From IMG/VR virus record IMGVR_UViG_3300045988_061000, positions 1 to 41,614 of that record: DNA of 41,614 bases. One strand, given 5' to 3'. Under the pieces are notes generated by a model. It was given only the letters and a program-made list of their open reading frames with translations. It made no database searches and had not been told where the DNA came from. Source of the stretch: a virus. The position numbers were made by a program, and so were the translations under genes. Numbering within the stretch: the first letter of the stretch is position 1; each line of letters begins with the position of its first letter. Shown here in pieces: positions 35,611-41,495 of the stretch.

Positions 35611-35830
35611 TTAACTTTTACCAATCGCTATGAAGAAATGCTCAAATCGAGCAAATGATATTGTTGTATTTGTATACTTTATAGCATTATCGGAGTTATT
35701 TGAGGATGGTCCTTTGGCACTATCTGGCAATCCTGTTGTAACTGCATATACATTATTGAATGCAATTGGGAAATTTGTAGTTTGTAAATACCATGAACTG
35801 TCGTTTCCTCGTAGTGATTTTCCCCATTGG
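35611..35830 (-). CDS. silent tail-fibre tip cassette C11 (inverted orientation, no ATG)
   Basis: Hand translation of the reverse complement: QWGKSLRGNDSSWYLQTTNFPIAFNNVYAVTTGLPDSAKGPSSNNSDNAIKYTNTTISFARFEHFFIAIGKS, then stop. Its core at 35822-35830 lies 2 nt from the recombinase stop codon. Confidence 0.75.
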
Positions 35831-35832
35831 TT

Positions 35833-36711
35833 CTAAGGTAATAACTCAATAGCCTTACGCAACTCACGTAATTCTTTATGCGTATAGACTTTGGTTGTAA
35901 TATCTCCATGTTTATGACCAAGAATAGCACGAGTTGCAGTAGGTGATGAACCATATTTATCTAATAATGTAGCTACTGTATGACGGCAGTCATGCGTTGA
36001 ATGAGAACATTTGATTGAAGTCATTACTGATTTAAACTGCTTACTAAATTGTGCATAAGAAATAGGGAGTATCCTATCTGATGAATTGTGATACAAGGTT
36101 GTAACTATTGGAAATATGCGACTATGAATGGGAATTAAGCGATTACGGCCAGCATCAGTTTTAGATAGACGTACTATAAGACATTTAGTGCGGAGGTTAA
36201 TATCGTTCTTACGTAACGATAGCAATTCACCGCATCGCATTCCTGTATATAGGAGTATTAAAATGCCATATGTATCGGAAGTATCAAGACCCCACAATCG
36301 GTTAATTTGTTGACGAGTGAATGGCTTATGGGGATACACGCTAACATCATGGCCGAGATTAAGAAATGGAGTGTAATCCTTAATATCAATATCATTAACA
36401 ATTGCATATTTAGATAGTAATGAAAGTAATGTGCGTACCTTCTTGGCTGATGCGTAGGAAAGGCCATTATCTCTCATATTATCAATCACGTATTGCATAT
36501 CAGAATATTTGATTAAGTTAATAGGAATATTAGCAATTGATTGAATATGATCATAGGCAATGCGATATGATTCAATGGCTGATTTACTCACAATTCCAAT
36601 GCGAGTAGGCAGCCATTTTTCATACAAACTTTTAAACGTTTCAGCACATGCACTTTTGCGGCGCATGTGAAGATATGTATTTCTTGGGTAGTGCTTAACA
36701 GTACTATTCAT
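35833..36711 (-). CDS. tyrosine site-specific recombinase (candidate shufflon invertase)
   Basis: 292 aa. Catalytic set present: YTGMRCGELLSL (Arg), LSKTDAGRNR (Lys), HDCRHTVATLL (His-x-x-Arg), ILGHKHGDITTKVYTH (His, Tyr). No serine-recombinase motifs. Directly abuts the last core site. Confidence 0.9.
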   Translation of the reverse strand: MNSTVKHYPRNTYLHMRRKSACAETFKSLYEKWLPTRIGIVSKSAIESYRIAYDHIQSIANIPINLIKYSDMQYVIDNMRDNGLSYASAKKVRTLLSLLSKYAIVNDIDIKDYTPFLNLGHDVSVYPHKPFTRQQINRLWGLDTSDTYGILILLYTGMRCGELLSLRKNDINLRTKCLIVRLSKTDAGRNRLIPIHSRIFPIVTTLYHNSSDRILPISYAQFSKQFKSVMTSIKCSHSTHDCRHTVATLLDKYGSSPTATRAILGHKHGDITTKVYTHKELRELRKAIELLP

Positions 36712-36747
36712 TTGTTACTCCTTATTAATAACGAAAGGATAAAAGAC

Positions 36748-37149
36748 ATGAACAATTATATCCACGTACTTGATGCGGAAGGTAGACGTATTACATCTAT
36801 CGTCGATAGTATGTTAGCACCAATTGGTGAGAATGCTTTACTTGAACAAGCTAAAGCTCAATATCCAGATGCAGCTAATTATGTGTATGGTGATGATGCT
36901 ATGCTAGACAAATTTTTAAACAATAAAGCCTATGTAAATGGTGAATTTGTTGATATTCCAGTAACGGAATATGAACCGACAAAAGCAGAACGTATTGCAC
37001 AAATTCGCAAATACTATGACGAACGATTTGCAACGCTAGACCAAGCGTTACTACGTAGACGGTTAGCTAATGTGCCATATGATGATTTACAAGAACAATT
37101 CAAGAAACTCAATGCTGAAATGGTAGATAAGATTAAGGAGGTCAAATAA
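36748..37149 (+). CDS. possible tail fibre assembly chaperone-like protein
   Basis: Start at the ATG at 36748 (MNNYIHVLDAEGRR...). 133 aa. Called from its position after the fibre locus and its helical C-terminus. Function is tentative. Confidence 0.3.
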   Translation: MNNYIHVLDAEGRRITSIVDSMLAPIGENALLEQAKAQYPDAANYVYGDDAMLDKFLNNKAYVNGEFVDIPVTEYEPTKAERIAQIRKYYDERFATLDQALLRRRLANVPYDDLQEQFKKLNAEMVDKIKEVK

Positions 37150-37307
37150 TGGATAACTACGAAATCAAATCTGATGTACCAGTGATGCATTTTTGTGAAT
37201 ACTGTTGGGCAACATTAAATGAAGATGGAACTTGCCCTACAGACGGGTGTATCCATAATGAGCTAATGGAGTTAGATAATGATGTCAAACCAAATCAAAA
37301 CAGTTGA
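37149..37307 (+). CDS. small Cys-rich protein, 52 aa (tentative)
   Basis: Hand translation: MDNYEIKSDVPVMHFCEYCWATLNEDGTCPTDGCIHNELMELDNDVKPNQNS. Overlaps the start of the next ORF. Confidence 0.3.
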   Translation: MDNYEIKSDVPVMHFCEYCWATLNEDGTCPTDGCIHNELMELDNDVKPNQNS

Positions 37308-37605
37308 TGAATATTGGCATATTGCCAGTGATTGGTGTAGAGCGTATCAACTACAAGAAGGAGTTGATATAAGCAATGCAAGGGCGGTATGTAAATTCAG
37401 AGACGATATGGACAATATACTTGCGGTGGCAGATTGTCATATTCAAGATAATGTAATTATTGTAGAAGTATTGGGCCGTACAAATAGTAAAGTGTATCAA
37501 TTTGTTAAAAAAGGTCGATACGATGTGTTTATTATCATCGGCGAACACCAATATAAAGTAGTGATGGGGAAATTAGCCATCATTCATGACGTATCAATGC
37601 ATTAG
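37279..37605 (+). CDS. hypothetical protein
   Basis: 108-aa ORF in a co-directional train. Confidence 0.5.
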   Translation: MMSNQIKTVDEYWHIASDWCRAYQLQEGVDISNARAVCKFRDDMDNILAVADCHIQDNVIIVEVLGRTNSKVYQFVKKGRYDVFIIIGEHQYKVVMGKLAIIHDVSMH

Positions 37606-37616
37606 GGGGTAATAAT

Positions 37617-38522
37617 ATGCAAAATAATGAAGAATATACAGTAGTTGATATTCAAGCGAAAGTACCTAAAGTAGTAGACGTAATAATTCCAATTGCACAG
37701 GGATTGCGAGGAGGTAAAGGTGATAAGGGCGATCCATTCCGATATGAGGATTTTACGGCCGAACAGTTAGAATCTCTAAAGGGCCCTAAGGGGGATGATG
37801 GTATAGGGTTGGATGTAGCACAATTAACGAATGCATTAAAAGGAATAGGATTAATGCCTACAGGTAGTGATGTCTATCAATTAATTACTGAGGCGTTAAT
37901 TGATGTTAGAAACGGTGCTGATATTGGTGATTCGAATCATTGGGGGCAAAAGGAATTCACAGATTTCTTTACTCCATTACGTTTAGGTGATACTGAATTA
38001 CGAGGTTCAATTCCTACTGGATTTTATACTAGCATTAATGACCAAGAACGCCGACAATGGGGTGGTAGTGGTTTAAAACAAGCTGTACATATTGATGTTC
38101 CGACAGATTCGGAAGATTTCACTGTTGAATTATATTTGCCAAATGAAGAAAAGATATGTACTTTCACAGTGCGAGTTCCGCAAGCACCAAAATATACAGC
38201 ACCTAATATGCCAAATGGATTGACAATGATTTCTGAATACACAGACAAATATAACGTAAAATGGGCTGTATACGATGAAGAAGATGATTTAACAGGCACT
38301 CATCATCAAATTGCATATTGTGATATTAGTAATGTTTATAATAATACTAACTTTAATACCTTATCGGTTCAAAACGCACCTAATTTGTATAGAATTGTGA
38401 TGTATGCAACTCAACCTGTTGTAGTTTGGACAGATTCTGAAATTAAAGCCCCTTCAGGTGCTACTCTTGAATATCACAATAAAGAACTCATTACTATCAA
38501 TAAAGCCGTTGATGACTTATAA
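37617..38522 (+). CDS. second fibre-like protein with short collagen-like Gly-X-Y runs
   Basis: 301 aa. Contains GLRGGKGDKGDP and KGPKGDDGIG. RBS GGGGG upstream. Confidence 0.55.
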   Translation: MQNNEEYTVVDIQAKVPKVVDVIIPIAQGLRGGKGDKGDPFRYEDFTAEQLESLKGPKGDDGIGLDVAQLTNALKGIGLMPTGSDVYQLITEALIDVRNGADIGDSNHWGQKEFTDFFTPLRLGDTELRGSIPTGFYTSINDQERRQWGGSGLKQAVHIDVPTDSEDFTVELYLPNEEKICTFTVRVPQAPKYTAPNMPNGLTMISEYTDKYNVKWAVYDEEDDLTGTHHQIAYCDISNVYNNTNFNTLSVQNAPNLYRIVMYATQPVVVWTDSEIKAPSGATLEYHNKELITINKAVDDL

Positions 38523-38533
38523 GAGGTGGTTGC

Positions 38534-38863
38534 ATGTGGACATGGCAAGTTGAATTAGATGATATTCTAACAACACTATCAATTGTTGCAATTATAGGCG
38601 GTGCAAGTTACCGCCTTTTAATTTTGCCTATTCTGACACGGATAAGTGATGAACGCATGCAAGATAATTTGATTTTCACTGAACGCATGGGTACATTGAA
38701 TCAAACATTGCTTGAATTAAAAGATGAAATTAAGTTATCTCGTGTGCAACGTACAAAGGCTTATACGGAACACGTGAAATTAACTGCACGTGTTGATGGA
38801 ATAGAAAATAGGGTTGATGAGTTAAGAGGTGATTTCCATGAATTTACCAACAAAACTCATTGA
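38534..38863 (+). CDS. membrane-anchored coiled-coil protein of the lysis cassette
   Basis: 109 aa. N-terminal TM segment LTTLSIVAIIGGASYRLLILPIL, then a coiled-coil. Confidence 0.45.
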   Translation: MWTWQVELDDILTTLSIVAIIGGASYRLLILPILTRISDERMQDNLIFTERMGTLNQTLLELKDEIKLSRVQRTKAYTEHVKLTARVDGIENRVDELRGDFHEFTNKTH

Positions 38864-39224
38864 TTCAGCAAAGAAAATATATACTTCGGTTAGGGTGGCG
38901 AAAGTCCACCCTACTTTAGTATGGGGAGCGAGAATACTTATACTTATCATGCTAACACCAATTATATTGGCCACGATGACTTACGCTATTTCTTTTTACG
39001 TAGGGGAAATTTCTAGTGCGAACGATAAGATTATAACGATGGGAGCATTTCTAATTGACCATATGTTTGGAGCACCAGGTGTAATCGCATCGCTTACAGG
39101 ATTAATATGGCTTAGTGTTGATAGAAATGGTGATGGTATTCCAGATAAATTAGAAGAACAGCCTAAATTACCACCACTACCTAACATGACAGAAAGGAGT
39201 GATAAGAATGAAAAAAGGGTTTGA
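38838..39224 (+). CDS. holin candidate
   Basis: Start at the ATG at 38838, after AAGAGG. Two to three hydrophobic segments and a charged C-terminal tail. Immediately upstream of and overlapping the endolysin gene. Confidence 0.5.
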   Translation: MNLPTKLIDSAKKIYTSVRVAKVHPTLVWGARILILIMLTPIILATMTYAISFYVGEISSANDKIITMGAFLIDHMFGAPGVIASLTGLIWLSVDRNGDGIPDKLEEQPKLPPLPNMTERSDKNEKRV

Positions 39225-39831
39225 TATTTCAGCATGGCAAGAGGAGGAAAACGGAACACCTTATTATGATGAGTGCCGCATGCAACGAGCCAAAGAAGAA
39301 GGCAATGAATTTGTAATTATAAAATTAGGTGAAAACTATAATGTTGATGATTTCTTTGAGCAACATATCACAGCAGCATTAAATATAGGTCTTGAAGTTG
39401 GTGTATATTATTTTAGCCATGCATATGATGAGGCAACCGCAGTACAAGAGGCGGAATGGGTGATTAACACGCTCAATAGCTATGGATATACTGATTACCA
39501 TTTGCAAGCTGGAATTTGGTATGACTACGAGGAGCATCGCCAATTACGTAATATGATTAATGCTGGTGCTTTAACTAGTCAAGGAATGACGAATTGTATT
39601 AGTCGATTTGTAAACACATTATGGAGTGCAGGATTTCAAAATGTAGGTGTGTATAGCGGATATTCTCTATTGTGGGATGAAACATATGCATATAGTCAAA
39701 TGCCAAGCGTTCCTGTATGGTGTGCACAATATGATTCACAATGTGATTATCCAAATATCAAAATATGGCAATATAGCGATTGCGGAATGGTAGCTGACAA
39801 AGAAGTTGATGTCAACTACATGTATGACTAG
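39208..39831 (+). CDS. endolysin, GH25 muramidase
   Basis: MKKGFDISAWQ...FVIIKLGE... is typical of glycoside hydrolase family 25 lysozymes. Start at the ATG at 39208. Confidence 0.85.
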   Translation: MKKGFDISAWQEEENGTPYYDECRMQRAKEEGNEFVIIKLGENYNVDDFFEQHITAALNIGLEVGVYYFSHAYDEATAVQEAEWVINTLNSYGYTDYHLQAGIWYDYEEHRQLRNMINAGALTSQGMTNCISRFVNTLWSAGFQNVGVYSGYSLLWDETYAYSQMPSVPVWCAQYDSQCDYPNIKIWQYSDCGMVADKEVDVNYMYD

Positions 39832-39839
39832 GGGGAAGT

Positions 39840-40271
39840 ATGAATGACAAAATCAAAAACTTTATTCACGCTCATTACATCTCTGTTCCTATTTGTATTG
39901 TTATTATTATCGCCTGTGGCATATGGTTCTACACCAACAGAACCAGTAACATTGACACCACAGGAATACGCAACGCTGAAAATGAACTTCGACACGCTAG
40001 AGAGTACAATCAACAATCAATTGACTACAATCAACGAGCTAGAGATGCAGTTGAAAATAGCAAAACTCTCAACGAGCGAACAGAAGAACGAATTAGCACA
40101 AGCATTGAACTTAATCAACGAACAGAAAACGCAATTAACAGAGGCACGGAACTTACTGCAAAAGCAAGAGCAGATGCTGAACGAGCAAAAACTATCATTA
40201 ACCAAAGCCGAGATATACTTAGAACAGCAGAAGAACGAAATCAAAAAAGCGAAAGCACAACAACGAAATAG
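39840..40271 (+). CDS. i-spanin-like protein (N-terminal TM plus coiled-coil)
   Basis: 143 aa. TM segment ISVPICIVIIIACGIWFY, then a helical Asn/Gln/Arg/Glu-rich region. The same RBS (GGGGGA) serves this ATG and the ATG at 39844. Confidence 0.45.
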   Translation: MNDKIKNFIHAHYISVPICIVIIIACGIWFYTNRTSNIDTTGIRNAENELRHAREYNQQSIDYNQRARDAVENSKTLNERTEERISTSIELNQRTENAINRGTELTAKARADAERAKTIINQSRDILRTAEERNQKSESTTTK

Positions 40272-40329
40272 TAAATTATTAAATATCCTATTAGGCGGTA
40301 CTGTAATTTATTTAGTCGCAAAAGATTGA
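39844..40329 (+). CDS. secreted coiled-coil protein with C-terminal TM (u-spanin-like topology), overlapping 39840..40271 in the +1 frame
   Basis: 161 aa. Signal peptide MTKSKTLFTLITSLFLFVLLLLSPVAYG with no lipobox Cys. Pro/Thr-rich STPTEPVTLTP, a long coiled-coil, and C-terminal TM LLNILLGGTVIYLVA. Confidence 0.5.
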   Translation: MTKSKTLFTLITSLFLFVLLLLSPVAYGSTPTEPVTLTPQEYATLKMNFDTLESTINNQLTTINELEMQLKIAKLSTSEQKNELAQALNLINEQKTQLTEARNLLQKQEQMLNEQKLSLTKAEIYLEQQKNEIKKAKAQQRNSKLLNILLGGTVIYLVAKD

Positions 40330-40439
40330 GGTGATCCGAGCATCTCCATAGCGTGTAATGGTGGATACACGCAATTATCAACTATTAGTTGTTAATTGAG
40401 TAGTAAAGTAATTGTTTATAAGTGAATAACATAACAAAA

Positions 40440-40482
40440 GCCTATCAGCTTAGAAGAACATCTAGGTTGATAGGCCTTTTTT
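40440..40482 (+). terminator. rho-independent terminator after the lysis cassette
   Basis: 10-bp stem GCCTATCAGC / GTTGATAGGC, then C and TTTTTT. Confidence 0.6.
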
Positions 40483-40539
40483 ATTTTCAAAATGATATAA
40501 TATATATAACTAGTATTTTACAAATCATAGGGGGAGCAT

Positions 40540-40806
40540 ATGGATACTATATTAGATAACTATATTCAAGATTATTTACATTCAGATAAATTTATAAATA
40601 TGTTAGAGTATTTTATTGTAAAATATAGTGAGTCAGCAGATAGTATCAGAAAAAGAGGACTGCATAAGAGTGCAGAATTTTTAGATGATGCCAAAGAAAA
40701 ATTATTAGTAATCTTAGATAAAGTAAAAGCTGGTGAAACGCTTGATAAATCTGATGCTGATACTATATTAAATAACATACATATATCCGTCCCTATAAAG
40801 AAATAA
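40540..40806 (+). CDS. hypothetical protein (moron position)
   Basis: 88-aa ORF with RBS GGGGGAG and an extended -10 (TGATATAAT, ending at 40501) upstream. Confidence 0.5.
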   Translation: MDTILDNYIQDYLHSDKFINMLEYFIVKYSESADSIRKRGLHKSAEFLDDAKEKLLVILDKVKAGETLDKSDADTILNNIHISVPIKK

Positions 40807-40822
40807 TAATTTATAATATAAA

Positions 40823-40866
40823 CAGCCTACCGACCTAGATATTATCTGAGTTAGTGGGCTGTTTTT
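40823..40866 (+). terminator. hairpin plus T tract
   Basis: CAGCCTAC / GTGGGCTG (one G-U pair), large loop, then TTTTT. Confidence 0.4.
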
Positions 40867-40890
40867 GTTTGTAAAAATAATAAAAAACTA

Positions 40891-40919
40891 TTGCATATAA
40901 CACGGAAACGTGTTATAAT
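40891..40919 (+). promoter_or_regulatory. sigma-70-type promoter with an embedded palindromic operator
   Basis: TTGCAT (40891-96), 17-nt spacer, TATAAT (40914-19). The palindrome ATAACACG-GAAA-CGTGTTAT (40897-40916) fills the spacer and overlaps the -10. Confidence 0.5.
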
Positions 40920-40946
40920 ATAGACATAAGGAAGGAGGTGATGCCA

Positions 40947-41045
40947 TTGAAGAAGTTAAGGAAGAAAATAAAAAAATGGCTACCCTTAGTAATAGCTATC
41001 ATCCAACTAGCAACTGCGGTGATAACGGCGATTAATAAAGAGTAA
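40947..41045 (+). CDS. small basic/hydrophobic membrane peptide, 32 aa
   Basis: TTG start 8 nt after AGGAGG: (M)KKLRKKIKKWLPLVIAIIQLATAVITAINKE. Followed by the hairpin GGGGCTC-GAAA-GAGCCCC (41051-41068). Confidence 0.4.
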   Translation: MKKLRKKIKKWLPLVIAIIQLATAVITAINKE

Positions 41046-41101
41046 CCACAGGGGCTCGAAAGAGCCCCAATCTTCCTAACTATTATAACAATGGCGAGCA
41101 T

Positions 41102-41188
41102 ATGATTTCAAGATTAACTTTAATAATTAGCATTATTGCCTTTATATTATCTGTTTATAATCTATTAGTTATATTGGGAGTATTATAA
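41102..41188 (+). CDS. small hydrophobic peptide, 28 aa (tentative)
   Basis: MISRLTLIISIIAFILSVYNLLVILGVL. Its stop overlaps the ATG of the next gene (TAATG). Confidence 0.3.
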   Translation: MISRLTLIISIIAFILSVYNLLVILGVL

Positions 41189-41394
41189 TGAAATTGGCTG
41201 ATGTAATGACTACACAAGAAGCTGGTGAGCGATGGGGGGTACCAGCTGATTCTATTAAGCAATGTTGTTTAAAGCGATATGCAAATAAACAATTTACTGA
41301 TGATGAAGCTAGAAAGTCAGGAAAGAATTGGCTTGTAACTCGTAAAGGGATGGAACGATTATATGGGGAGGAACCTAAAATGACATCATTTTGA
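41188..41394 (+). CDS. HTH DNA-binding protein (excisionase-like) adjacent to attR
   Basis: 68 aa. MTTQEAGERWGVPADSIKQCCLK...GKNWLVTRKGMERLYG resembles the excisionase-type HTH family. Confidence 0.6.
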   Translation: MKLADVMTTQEAGERWGVPADSIKQCCLKRYANKQFTDDEARKSGKNWLVTRKGMERLYGEEPKMTSF

Positions 41395-41399
41395 CATCA
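41381..41399 (+). promoter_or_regulatory. candidate integrase arm-type sites (P arm)
   Basis: TGACATCATTTTGACATCA is identical to 141-159 and in the same orientation. Confidence 0.4.
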
Positions 41400-41495
41400 A
41401 TTTATATAAAAATATAGCAAAATATACAACTATATATATGTTAATAAAGTAGGTAACTACTGGATTTGTTGGTTTTATAAATGTGTGTTAAATGC

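Larger units (their letters stand above)
33286..35830. repeat. shufflon-like invertible cluster: 11 copies of the core CCAATGGGG(A), 7 on + and 4 on -
   Basis: Plus-strand cores at 33286, 33527 (variant CCAATGGGT), 33753, 33985, 34199, 34430 and 34665. Minus-strand cores (CCCCATTGG) at 35119, 35354, 35602 and 35822. Extended consensus is t-A-r-CCAATGGGG-A. Spacing is 213-245 bp. Confidence 0.85.

Noticed and set aside
33286-35830. Regularly spaced short repeats that could be mistaken for a CRISPR array
   Set aside because: The conserved unit is only about 10 nt and occurs on both strands. The intervening units of about 220 bp are in-phase coding cassettes homologous in architecture to the fibre C-terminus. 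No cas genes are present.
32558-35830. Diversity-generating retroelement as the source of fibre variation
   Set aside because: The window contains no reverse transcriptase gene and no template/variable repeat pair with adenine-specific differences. The variation lies in discrete cassettes bounded by recombination cores.
35186-35836. Plus-strand track ORFs 35186..35383 and 35630..35836
   Set aside because: They lie antisense to cassettes C9 and C11. The minus-strand frames begin exactly at cores and end exactly at the next core, which explains the region better. The plus-strand ORFs have no RBS and are hydrophobic shadow frames.
35833-36711. Gin/Cin/Min-type serine invertase, as expected for phage fibre inversion
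   Set aside because: The protein has the tyrosine-recombinase signature (R, K, HxxR, H, Y near the C-terminus). It has no N-terminal catalytic-serine motif and no Fis-enhancer-type arrangement.
40913-41101. Minus-strand 62-aa ORF
   Set aside because: It is antisense to a plus-strand unit with a consensus promoter, a strong RBS, a short membrane peptide and a hairpin. No RBS or promoter supports the minus-strand frame.
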